Source: a virus (taxonomy: Duplodnaviria > Heunggongvirae > Uroviricota > Caudoviricetes). Taken from it: a stretch of DNA of 43,940 bases. A program made the position numbers and the translations under genes. The stretch covers positions 1 to 43,940 of the IMG/VR virus record IMGVR_UViG_3300009826_000019; one strand, given 5' to 3'. Below the pieces are notes generated by a model. The model was not told the DNA's origin. It ran no database searches and saw nothing but the letters and a program-made list of their open reading frames with translations. This document shows positions 1 through 10,200 of the stretch, one piece after another. Position 1 is the stretch's first letter. Each line of letters begins with the position of its first letter.

Positions 1-438
1 AAAAATAAGAAGGAAGAGGAAAAGAAAAAAAATGCGGAAGTAGAACAACAAGTAATAGAAGAAGGAGAAGGTGGTGATGGAAACGCCACAAACATTAAAA
101 CCAATAGTGTTAATATCAATTCCGATAATGTAACAACAGCAAAGTCTGATAGTGCGCTTTCTCAACTTATACTTAAAACAGCGGAAGCGAAATCTCTACG
201 AGAATCCAATGCTAATAACAACCTCTCTCATTCCGGTAAGATAGATATTAATTTAGGGGGCACAATTCAATTACAAGACCCCAATGGTAATGTATATAAT
301 TGGGATAAGATTACCAATAACCAACAATTCATTTCACAATTGACTGATAAAATTTCAATGGAAATAACAAAAAAACAGAACTTCTCTTCTGCTGGTGACG
401 GAAGGATAATGTACGGTGGTGCGTTACAAATGGGATAA
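1..438 (+). CDS. 3' end of a gene truncated by the window edge (possibly tape-measure/structural protein C-terminus)
   Basis: Frame 1 is open from base 1 to TAA at 436-438 (KNKKEEEKKK...GGALQMG*). Function is inferred only from position next to the tail module. Confidence 0.6.
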   Translation, partial: KNKKEEEKKKNAEVEQQVIEEGEGGDGNATNIKTNSVNINSDNVTTAKSDSALSQLILKTAEAKSLRESNANNNLSHSGKIDINLGGTIQLQDPNGNVYNWDKITNNQQFISQLTDKISMEITKKQNFSSAGDGRIMYGGALQMG

Positions 439-444
439 AAACAC

Positions 445-452
445 TATTTATA
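445..452 (+). promoter_or_regulatory. TATTTATA, candidate late-promoter box
   Basis: The same octamer lies on the sense strand shortly upstream of starts 469(+), 12092(-) and 31606(-). The AT-rich background weakens this. Confidence 0.3.
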
Positions 453-468
453 ATAAAATGAAAATATC

Positions 469-831
469 ATGAAAATAACATTTAAGGGTGTAATTCATAT
501 TATAATTTATATTATTTTGATAGTATTGTTGGTTATACAGTTCAGGAAACCTGCAACGGTGATTGATAATTCACATATATATCAAAATAGGATAGATAGT
601 ATTATGAATACTATTGGGGATACGCAGCATGTTATAGATTCGTTGGAGAATGTGATTGTTGTGAATGATTTACAGATTGATATTCTTGTTAAGAGTATTG
701 AAAGATTAATAAGAGAAAGAAATGAAAACAAGTTTACACAAAGTGAAAGGGATAAAGAGATTGCAAGTATGTCTAATGACTCTCTTGTTTTGTTTGTTCG
801 CGAACAACTTAAGTTATGGTCAGCAGAGTAA
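469..831 (+). CDS. N-terminally membrane-anchored coiled-coil protein, inner-membrane spanin (Rz)-like
   Basis: Hydrophobic N-terminus (VIHIIIYIILIVLLVI) followed by a helical, heptad-like region; overlaps the next gene. Confidence 0.5.
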   Translation: MKITFKGVIHIIIYIILIVLLVIQFRKPATVIDNSHIYQNRIDSIMNTIGDTQHVIDSLENVIVVNDLQIDILVKSIERLIRERNENKFTQSERDKEIASMSNDSLVLFVREQLKLWSAE

Positions 832-1168
832 GGGTGATTCTGTGTTAATGTCCATTGATGAGGTTCGCATTGTTGGTAGAATTATTAATGAAAACCAACA
901 CTTAAAGAATGAAATTGAAATATTAGATTCTATGATTGTTGTTAAAGACAAACATGTTTTCTTACTTCAAGAAAATGTAACTGCGTGTCGGTCTATAATG
1001 GAACAACAGATTTCGGTTATTTCAAGTTTTGAAGAAATTGATAGGTTGAGGGTTCAACAGATTAATGATATTCATAAATTTCATAAGAAAGATAAGCGCA
1101 AAACTGCGTTAAGATTTGGCGGGGGGGGTGTCGCACTTGGAATACTCCTAATGCTCATATTTAACTAA
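722..1168 (+). CDS. Exported coiled-coil protein with C-terminal TM, second spanin-like subunit
   Basis: Signal-peptide-like MTLLFCLFANNLSYG|QQ (start may be ATG 776), a coiled coil, and C-terminal GGGGVALGILLMLIF. Confidence 0.5.
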   Translation: MKTSLHKVKGIKRLQVCLMTLLFCLFANNLSYGQQSKGDSVLMSIDEVRIVGRIINENQHLKNEIEILDSMIVVKDKHVFLLQENVTACRSIMEQQISVISSFEEIDRLRVQQINDIHKFHKKDKRKTALRFGGGGVALGILLMLIFN

Positions 1169-1183
1169 TGTTTCAGAAAAATA

Positions 1184-1216
1184 TTTGTCCCGAATATTAC
1201 AAATATTTGGGACAAA
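1184..1216. terminator. Hairpin between convergent genes
   Basis: TTTGTCCC(1184-1191) pairs with GGGACAAA(1209-1216), with inner AATATT/AATATT pairing. Confidence 0.4.
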
Positions 1217-1240
1217 ATTGTCCGAAATATACCGAATATT

Positions 1241-1363
1241 TCAGACATTATTAAAGTACTTCCACTTCGATTTACGACGAATACTTTTACTTTCTTGGTA
1301 TAAATCCTCAATCATTATATCGAATGGGTCTTTTTCCTTAACTTTTTTGGTTTTTGTTTTCAT
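1241..1363 (-). CDS. Small basic hypothetical protein, 40 aa (MKTKTKKVKEKDPFDIMIEDLYQESK...)
   Basis: ATG 3 nt after the stop of the 1854-aa gene, same strand; below the track's length cutoff. Confidence 0.35.
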   Translation of the reverse strand: MKTKTKKVKEKDPFDIMIEDLYQESKSIRRKSKWKYFNNV

Positions 1364-1366
1364 ATA

Positions 1367-4300
1367 TTAACCTTTTTTCGGATATTTACTTGTTTCGTTT
1401 CTACCGGGATCGCACCGCCAACCACCACCGTCTGTTAATCCCATACAAGCACATATATCATATTTAGTGAATTTTTTGGTGTATGCGTAGTGAACGGTAT
1501 TTAAACATGACTTATCAGTGCCCTTATATTCCAAATATAATTCAGTAATAAAAGGATTCATATGCTGTGCGATAAACGCATAAAGGGTTTTATAATGAAA
1601 TTCCATATCTTTATTTCCACGAACATCTACCATTTGTTTTCCCTTTGCTTTATGTCGAAGTCTTAAATCTATACCCGAACCGTGTCCGTGATACGATGTT
1701 TTAGATTGACTGTTACTATGATGTCGCCACATAGACCCAACCATTATATCAAATTCACTATCCTCACTAAACCCATTCATACCACCAACACCATCAGTTG
1801 CCCCCGCACCCATATTACGTATCCATTGATTTAGTCCATTTTTATCTTTTACCCAATCAATAATTTTATCAACTTGAATTAGAAAATCAGCAAGGTTTTC
1901 AAAACACTCTATCGGCATTTGGAAACCCGCTGCTTGTGGACCGGTTAATCCTGAACCGGGTATGTTACCACTATTTGAACCTCTTTCAACACACTCATGA
2001 AGTTTAAAATGTTTAGAAATATTTTTATCTCTTAATTGCATATATTGTTCACCCAATATTTTATCGTCAGTGATTATACCACCAGGTCCATATTTTTTTG
2101 TTCCACCGCCGTTATTATAACCAACCTGATTTAATTTAATTTCACCACCATACCCTTGTTTATTATGATCTATTTGATAATCGGTTTTTATCACATTATC
2201 CATTTTCAAATCACCCACTATTGATGTAACAAGTGGTATTTTGACAATTGGTCTTTTAGTGAAATCTTGTTTAACACCCTCAAATACTGTTCTCATATAA
2301 TTATCCTCAATGGTGTGTACAACCTTAAATATCATATATCCACCTGTAAAAAGATAAGTGTTATTTAATTGGTAGTACATTAATGGAAATATTGGTGCTG
2401 ACCCACCCTCCAAAGTAATTTTGGTATTATATGCCATTTTAGAATATTGAGAATATAAGTTTTCACCAACAAAAACCTGATTACCACTTGAATAATCCTT
2501 TGCTGATTCCAATATTCTTACCATTGACTTGAAATATTGTTCGGTTTTCTTTGGTTCAGACATTGTCAAATTTTCTATTTTAAAAAAGTTTTCGTTGTGT
2601 CTTCCGTATGATATACCAAATGAACGTAACGGTATTTTTGAGTCACCCACCAAATGTTTACCTTTATTTAATGCAAGCATATCCTCATCACGTGTTAATT
2701 GGAGTGCGGTGTTTTCAAAATCTGATTCTTCATTATCAAGGTCTGTTGGGGTTTCAGCGGGATTACCCATTAACATAAAGATTAATCCATAATCTTCATC
2801 CTGTGTCCCACTAAAATCAATTTCGTTATATATTTGTGGTTTGAATAAGTAATCTAATAGAGATTGAGCATCAGTTGCCTTTCTACCCTCAAAAAAACCT
2901 AATGTTGGGGAAGCCATCATAAAAAGGTTGTGTTCTTGTGCAATATTAGCCAAAAGATCATACATATTCCATGCGGTTTCACCTGTAAATACACCTGTTA
3001 AAATATGTTTTATATATTCTAAATTAACATAAACCTTATCACTAATATCACAAAAATATTGATCAACAATCATTATTTTACTCATAATGTGTTCTAATCT
3101 GTTTGTTATATCCGGTTCTGTTACACCGACAAACCAAGAATCGTGTAATAACTTAAATTGAAAATATAATTTATCTAATTGTGTGTTTTCTTCCGTGTTA
3201 AGTACATCTTCTTCCAAACTATTTCCAACAATTATTGGACCCGTCATTAGTTTTAATAGTTCTTCATTTAATACTTTAAGATAACTTACAATTTCTTCTT
3301 TTGGGATATTTATTCTTGACTTTCTTTCGGTTTTCAATATACCCGACCTTGAATTAATTATTAAAACACTGTCTTTATATAACCCCATTAGTTTTTTCGC
3401 TGCATTTGACGAAGGATCAAGTATGAGTTGGAGTATAGGAAAACCAGCTATATGATATTTTACATCACCTATTTTAGGGTGTATAAACATTGCGCTATTA
3501 TATGCGGGCATACCTTTTAATTTTTCTGTTGCAATTTCACGTCGCAATGGTGAAGTAACGTTATTATATGCACTAAATACTTGTCTATTATCATTTAAAA
3601 AAGAAACGGGGTTATCATAGACACCATATTCCATATCTTTTATTATATCCTTACCTTCCTTCTCGACCCAATCCTCAAAGTGTGAAATAAATACTTTTTT
3701 CACATCAAAACCCATATTCATTCCAAAATCATACATTACTTTCTTAAAAAGAAAGGTGTTTTCAAGGGGTTGAATAATTTCTCTAAATAAAAAGGGGTAT
3801 TGACTACTTGTTATTACTTTACTTCTAACGTTATCATATAACCACAATATGGAACCAATTTGTAGTGCAAAACATTTGGGTATTCTTTTAATTCCCCAAT
3901 TAGTTTTTTCTATGTATTGGTATAATTTATCAGGTAACAAACCAAGTGAGTGTAATAGTAATGCTGCCCTACACCTGTTTTTTACATCTATGTTTGTTAT
4001 AGTACAGTTATAATAATCGGGGGTAGCAAATATAGAAAAAACATGTTTATCAAGACGTGGTATTGCAATACAAATATCGGGTTTAGTTTCACTTAATTTC
4101 ATAAATAATTGATTTTCACTAACACCTTGTTTTTGACTCATTACAACTTCTTTGAAATTTTCTACTGTGATACCTTGACTTACGCTACCCAATACCAAAT
4201 TAGCAAAATGTTGTGGGGTGCTCATACTAATACTCTGAATATCATCTGAAAAACATTCCACTTCTTCTTTTGTAAAACCACTTATATTAACCCAAACGTC

Positions 4301-6931
4301 ATCAACTATCTCCTTATTATTGGTGTGAAAATGATTGTATAACAATCTAAGATTATCCAACGTGGTTTCAGTTAAATCAACAATGTTGAAAGAACCTTTG
4401 ACCATATTCATACTACTAAATCGGGAATAACTATTTTCTAACAACACCATATTACCAAAACTAAACAACCAAACATTAGTATCATCTATTATATAACTAC
4501 CATAATCAGAAAATTTTCCCTTCAACATATCAACGTATGTAATAGTTGAAAGTGGTGTGGCGTTCATTATATTATTCTGCCCGTTTTGTTGATAATTAAC
4601 TGACCATAGCGCAGAACTAAATTTATTTGTAGAACTATCAAGTGCCCCCATTTTTCGGGGTTCACCACCCCTTGTAAAGTTAATTGCTGTTTTGACAAAA
4701 TTATATGTGGTTGGTTTTTTATAATCTTCCCCCCAATCTTCATTAGAATCAATCAACGATAACAAGAAATTAACAAAATCATTTCCTTGTAAATCCAATA
4801 ATAAACTCTCACATATTTTACTTTCTACTTTAACAGCATCAAAAATATTATTAGCATCTGCTTCGGCATAAGATTCCAAATCTTCGATATCTTCTCTTGT
4901 TCCTATTGAAGCAAACATTCGAGTAATAATTTGAATACCCAAATTACCTATTCCTTCATACACACTCTCATAGTTTTCTAACACTTTTTTATATGGATTA
5001 ATTTCGTCTACTCCTGTGTGCATTAATTTACATGAAATATCATAGGGAAATATTGGTATCCATAAATAGGGACTATTGCGTATATCGGGTGGGTCTCCTT
5101 CACCCGCCGCTGCGGCTGCCGCGGCAGCCTCCGCTGCTAATCTTGAAACCATGTATGCAATTTCGTCATACATTGATTTTGTGTATTGTATTTCAGGTAA
5201 ACCAAATGCTTCATGTGGTGCTCTTTTTATAAGACCCTCTTTTGTATCTGAATATTCTCTTACTACAAACCAAGGTAATGTAGTGCCACCTGGTGTAACA
5301 TCACCATCTTCTTCATTCCACTTCTCTAACAATTGTAAACGTTTATCTAATGAACTCGCTAATTGAAATGCAGGGAGTTTATCACGCAACTCATTTTTCT
5401 TACCTACAACCAAGAAACTTTCCAAGAAGTGAACATAATGTGCAAATACCCACTTAATAACATTGTATAATGTTGGGACAAATGGTAATTGATTAACAAC
5501 ATTTAATGCTTGTTCATAAATTTGATTCATTATTTCAACATCACGTTTTTTTGATTGTGTGTTGATTTTAATTTGATTGTTTTGAAGTAAAGTTATTAAT
5601 TCGGTTAAATGAAGTAATATTTTTGTCTTTTTTCCTTCGGGGTTTTGATCATAGTAATAATAAAACCGCATAGGAAAAGATATTATACTTAAATCTTCAA
5701 AATTATTTTCTTCTAATATTTTTATTTCGTCATTATATTTATTAACAACTTCATATAAAGCGTTTCTTATGTTATTACAAGTTTCTTCATATTGTTCTGA
5801 CGACACGTCTATCCAACCATTAGATTCCCAAATAACAACGTTGGGTACTTTACTTTCTATTTCATAATGTAAACCATAAATAGACCAAAGTTCTTCGGTT
5901 TTATTTCCTGTAAGAACTTCTAACTTTGGAAGACCCATAAATGGGTTATTAACCACAGTTTTTTGCACCACGGTCATTATTTCGGTTGATAATACCAATA
6001 TATCGTTTATCATCATTTTGGTTTTACCCATACTTGAAGATTGTGGTAATTTTCCAATACTCTCTATTGCTGAATTAATATGTGTACGCAACTCCTCATA
6101 TTTGGGTATGGGTTTTCCGTCTTCACAAAGATAATTTCTTTCTTCCCATAAGACACCCATATCGGTCGGTGCTTGAAGATATGGTGAAATAAGTATCCAC
6201 CTCGCCATAATATCCCGATACCTTTTCACTCTAAACCCCTCAAGAGTTGATGTTATATTAATGTTTCCCGACTGTGTATCAACCTCACTAACTATATTAG
6301 TGGCTAATAAGGAATGTGTTACAGGATAACCGTAAAAACCTTTAACCGTCAAAAGAAATCTTGGATAAGGCATAGTATATAACGCCTTAAATAAACTAGC
6401 AACTGCTATTTTTTTATTATTTTCATCTCTTTCTTCACCCCTTTGCATTGGTGAAAAAGTTGCTTGTCCCATTATATCAACAAGACTTACTGTAATTCGT
6501 GGTACATGCCAATTTGTGTAATCTATATTAATACTTCGGATTCCCAATGTTTCGGGTTGTCCTGCATTTGCCATATCCGTAGAAGTATCCCAACCATAAT
6601 CCAAATAGTCGGTTGTTAAATACCTCACCTTTGCACCCATATATTCTTTACCACTTGGTATTGATTGTTTGGGTAATTCAAATGATATTTCAATGTTTCT
6701 GTTATCACCACCCCATTCAGTTCCCCTATGAGGTAAAACGATCAAACTAACATATATTGATAAATCTTCGGGTGGTATCATTAACTTCCCACTATCACCA
6801 CCAGCAGGTACAAACTCACCAGCCCGCGGTCCATAAAGTTGTAAATCTGTATTTGGGTCTACATAACAACTTATAATATTCTTCGGTTTACCATTGTTTT
6901 CACTATCTTTTAACGATACAACTTCACTCAT
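1367..6931 (-). CDS. Large virion/baseplate-hub-like protein with C-terminal peptidase M15 (Hedgehog/DD-peptidase fold) domain
   Basis: 1854-aa ORF. C-terminus has ISKHFKLHEC, SYHGHGSGID (H...D zinc ligands) and TVHY (third ligand), as in M15A endopeptidases. Follows a LysM-like gene. Confidence 0.7.
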   Translation of the reverse strand: MSEVVSLKDSENNGKPKNIISCYVDPNTDLQLYGPRAGEFVPAGGDSGKLMIPPEDLSIYVSLIVLPHRGTEWGGDNRNIEISFELPKQSIPSGKEYMGAKVRYLTTDYLDYGWDTSTDMANAGQPETLGIRSINIDYTNWHVPRITVSLVDIMGQATFSPMQRGEERDENNKKIAVASLFKALYTMPYPRFLLTVKGFYGYPVTHSLLATNIVSEVDTQSGNINITSTLEGFRVKRYRDIMARWILISPYLQAPTDMGVLWEERNYLCEDGKPIPKYEELRTHINSAIESIGKLPQSSSMGKTKMMINDILVLSTEIMTVVQKTVVNNPFMGLPKLEVLTGNKTEELWSIYGLHYEIESKVPNVVIWESNGWIDVSSEQYEETCNNIRNALYEVVNKYNDEIKILEENNFEDLSIISFPMRFYYYYDQNPEGKKTKILLHLTELITLLQNNQIKINTQSKKRDVEIMNQIYEQALNVVNQLPFVPTLYNVIKWVFAHYVHFLESFLVVGKKNELRDKLPAFQLASSLDKRLQLLEKWNEEDGDVTPGGTTLPWFVVREYSDTKEGLIKRAPHEAFGLPEIQYTKSMYDEIAYMVSRLAAEAAAAAAAAGEGDPPDIRNSPYLWIPIFPYDISCKLMHTGVDEINPYKKVLENYESVYEGIGNLGIQIITRMFASIGTREDIEDLESYAEADANNIFDAVKVESKICESLLLDLQGNDFVNFLLSLIDSNEDWGEDYKKPTTYNFVKTAINFTRGGEPRKMGALDSSTNKFSSALWSVNYQQNGQNNIMNATPLSTITYVDMLKGKFSDYGSYIIDDTNVWLFSFGNMVLLENSYSRFSSMNMVKGSFNIVDLTETTLDNLRLLYNHFHTNNKEIVDDVWVNISGFTKEEVECFSDDIQSISMSTPQHFANLVLGSVSQGITVENFKEVVMSQKQGVSENQLFMKLSETKPDICIAIPRLDKHVFSIFATPDYYNCTITNIDVKNRCRAALLLHSLGLLPDKLYQYIEKTNWGIKRIPKCFALQIGSILWLYDNVRSKVITSSQYPFLFREIIQPLENTFLFKKVMYDFGMNMGFDVKKVFISHFEDWVEKEGKDIIKDMEYGVYDNPVSFLNDNRQVFSAYNNVTSPLRREIATEKLKGMPAYNSAMFIHPKIGDVKYHIAGFPILQLILDPSSNAAKKLMGLYKDSVLIINSRSGILKTERKSRINIPKEEIVSYLKVLNEELLKLMTGPIIVGNSLEEDVLNTEENTQLDKLYFQFKLLHDSWFVGVTEPDITNRLEHIMSKIMIVDQYFCDISDKVYVNLEYIKHILTGVFTGETAWNMYDLLANIAQEHNLFMMASPTLGFFEGRKATDAQSLLDYLFKPQIYNEIDFSGTQDEDYGLIFMLMGNPAETPTDLDNEESDFENTALQLTRDEDMLALNKGKHLVGDSKIPLRSFGISYGRHNENFFKIENLTMSEPKKTEQYFKSMVRILESAKDYSSGNQVFVGENLYSQYSKMAYNTKITLEGGSAPIFPLMYYQLNNTYLFTGGYMIFKVVHTIEDNYMRTVFEGVKQDFTKRPIVKIPLVTSIVGDLKMDNVIKTDYQIDHNKQGYGGEIKLNQVGYNNGGGTKKYGPGGIITDDKILGEQYMQLRDKNISKHFKLHECVERGSNSGNIPGSGLTGPQAAGFQMPIECFENLADFLIQVDKIIDWVKDKNGLNQWIRNMGAGATDGVGGMNGFSEDSEFDIMVGSMWRHHSNSQSKTSYHGHGSGIDLRLRHKAKGKQMVDVRGNKDMEFHYKTLYAFIAQHMNPFITELYLEYKGTDKSCLNTVHYAYTKKFTKYDICACMGLTDGGGWRCDPGRNETSKYPKKG

Positions 6932-6933
6932 AT

Positions 6934-7254
6934 TTAATCAATATAATATAATTGTTTATATGTTTCAATACCCTGCTTATATTGTGCTAACGCATCATCT
7001 AATGGAAATGGTATTGTAATATAAGTGTTATCTGGTATTTCAAATTCTATTTTTGGTAATAAATAATTTGCCCATAATATCAACCAATCATAGTTGGGGT
7101 TATCATAGTATTTATCCGATATTAAATCCATTCGGGAAACATTCGCTTTCCACAACTCTTCTTTATCCGAAGGCATTGGTATATATCTTGTCACCGGCGG
7201 AAAACCAACCACCCCCTCTCTACTTACTTGCAAATATCTATTATATGTGTTCAT
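6934..7254 (-). CDS. LysM-like baseplate wedge protein (T4 gp53 / P2 gpX-like)
   Basis: RMDLISDKYYDNPNYDWLILWAN...IPDNTYITIP matches the LysM-like R-x-D-x-I-S-x-x-Y-Y...W-x-I-x-x-A-N pattern. Confidence 0.75.
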   Translation of the reverse strand: MNTYNRYLQVSREGVVGFPPVTRYIPMPSDKEELWKANVSRMDLISDKYYDNPNYDWLILWANYLLPKIEFEIPDNTYITIPFPLDDALAQYKQGIETYKQLYYID

Positions 7255-7274
7255 TTCTTAAATATACAATAAAA

Positions 7275-10200
7275 TTAATGATTATCATTAGGATTTTGTT
7301 CGGGTGAGGGGTTACTCAATGAAAAATTAAATTCGGGTGTAAAAACCGGGTGTGTAATTAAATCTTCCTGTGGTAATATTCGCCTATTCGGTAACACCTC
7401 ATGTTCTTCTGTTGTGGAGTCTAATTTTATGGAGTCTAGGTTTGTATCAGATGGGCAATCCGCTTCACCGTTTTTATATGTAAACACATTAAATAAACCA
7501 CCCCCGTTCAAATTGTTTATTTCTTCTTCACCAATATCATTTTGTGTTGACCCACCATACATTGACATTGTCTCCAATTGTCGTGTTTTTGTGGTGGTTC
7601 TTTTACCATTTTCATAATGTAATCCTCTTTTTCTTGACATATCAGGTACTATATCACCTTTATCATCAATTGTGTTACCATCTGCTCTATCATCATATAC
7701 GCTGGTATTGGCATAATAGTTGAATGATACAGCGTTTTGTAGTCTTGCAATTGCGCCGGTAATATCTTGACCACCCATATATTTAATGTTCAGGGTTACA
7801 TCTACATACATTGGTTGTATTCCAATTCCTTCGGGGTTTAAATCCCATTTAATTCCCTCTTTATCATAATTAAAACTAATGTTATCAATAAAAACTTTAG
7901 ATTGAATGAAATCACCTATTTTCAATATACAAACGGGTGGGCGACCAAACGCCAAGTTTGATATGTTATTAACACCACCACTATTTTCACCTCTAACATT
8001 GGTTGGTCCACTTCTCAAACATTGGTGTAGAAATGTTAAACGACCGTTGAACCCCTCCGGTGTACATGACCATAGTGCGGGGATATATTTATTATATCTA
8101 TCCCTAAAATTTGTCCAAGTTACATCGGTTGCGGTTTCACTCATATCACCAACATATTCGTAGAAATCCATTTCCTCATCATATCTCCCCTTTCTACTTA
8201 ACGTATATTCACTCACATTTGTTTCCGTATCTACTGTTGTTTGTGTTTGTTTTGGATGTAATTCTTCACCACCGGTTTGTTTTGTTTTTATTATTACGTG
8301 TGCATGTCTAAATTTTTTGGAATTTTCGGAAGATGCTATTCCAAGTTCATTCGTTGCCTGATCGGTCAACACCTCATCTTTTATTTCCCATACAGGCGCA
8401 CCTTCGCCGTGTATATTTAAACCACCCTCACCAACACCCAATGTTTCAATAATAAACAATGCTAATGAAACCGCCCTATATCTCCCCAACTTTTTATTAT
8501 CACTGGCTGTACCATCCTTACTAGCATTACCCAATATTTGAATTGTTTCTGCGCTGTTAAATAACTTTATTAAATTTTCTTTTGTTTTATAATCTTCCTC
8601 TATTTCGGAGTTATCGTGAGCTGGACTTGTATGAACCGCTTGTCCTTGACCAATACATATTTCATAAAAAGCACCAAAACTCAACCTATCTTTTTGACTT
8701 TTTGTGGCATTTAATTGAAAATTTCCAATATCCCAATTTGTCATACAATTACCATATCTAATTCGCGGTAAAACAGTCGTTTTGGTACTTGGTGTTAATT
8801 TTGTTCCACCTTTTTTATCATAAAATTCGATTTTATCAGTTACATGCATATTAGTAATAAAATCACTAATTAAATTTGTTAAATTATAATCCTTATTTTG
8901 CCAATTTTTTGGTGCTACCGTAAAACTATCAACACCATGTTTATGTTTATAACTTAATCCTTTAGCTGATTTCCCCCCACTAAATTCTCTCCACTCTCTC
9001 ATTGTATAAGTACCACCATCATTTACAGGTATTTCAACATTTGATAATGTTCTACGTAAAGCATCTGTTCCAACCCTACCCATTTCATAACCATTTCCAT
9101 AAACACTCCCATCTATTCCGGCAGGGTCTTCACCACTTGGCAATGAACCACCACCCACGTATAGATAATCCATTGTTTTTTTACCACCACTATTTGCTAA
9201 TTGTACCAATGCTTTTATGTCGGGGGTTTCATTAGTATATACATGCCAATTAACACCGGAAAAATCATTTGGGAAATACACTGTAACCAAATCAATTGTT
9301 TTAGGTGGTTCAATATCTCTATTTACAGGGGGTACAATATCAACCATTGTACTTATTGTATCTTGTGTCATTATTTGAACACAACCCTTACTTTCTTTTC
9401 TTTCAAAAGGAAATTCACAACCAGCATCAAATCTCAACACTGATTGACGAAATTCTTCTTCAACACTATTATTGTTTTTAGCAGTTCTACCCTCCATAAA
9501 TTCATGGAAGGAAGAATGGTCAACAATCATAGAAAAGGATAACTGCCCCTCTCTAGTTGTGTTTCCTCTAAAACTATAAAGCGGTTCCCCTCTACCTATA
9601 AAACTAACACCTTCTACTCTGGCGGTTGATTTTTCATCAAATTTCAAATTTAATGGTGAAAACCAATATATTCTCCCACCATTAGGACCAATTTGTGATT
9701 TACATAGAAGATTTTCCAATTCGAGTCCCTTCCATGCCAAATTTTCAATAGAAAACATATATTTTCTATTATATTTATATCTATCTTTTTTTTCCCCTTC
9801 CCACTTATCATTATAAGTACCATCAAAATCCCCTCTGTACGGTGCAATTTTAGGTAATCCATTATTTTGTAATGAGGTGTATTTGGCAAATTGTTTATAA
9901 AATGGGCGAATAAAATCCATTGTTCCATGTATTTCTTCCATTGTCATAACACAACCAACATTACCGGGATCATTATTATCAAATGTTAAAAATGGTCTAA
10001 TAGCATTAAGTACTGTTCTATGTTGTGTTTCTGCTGTCCAAACTCGACACCAAGGATCGGTATACACCTCTTCTGTTGTTCTTATATACCCATTTTTATT
10101 AGCAAGTGGTCTTCCTTTTGACATACCAAATACGGGGTGTACACCTGTTTGAATAAATGAAGGTTTTTCTTCGCTTTTATGAAACCTACTAACCATTGTA

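Noticed and set aside
1121-1128. G8 run as a phase-variation tract
   Set aside because: Encodes the Gly run before the TM helix; the frame is intact and there is no evidence of length variation.
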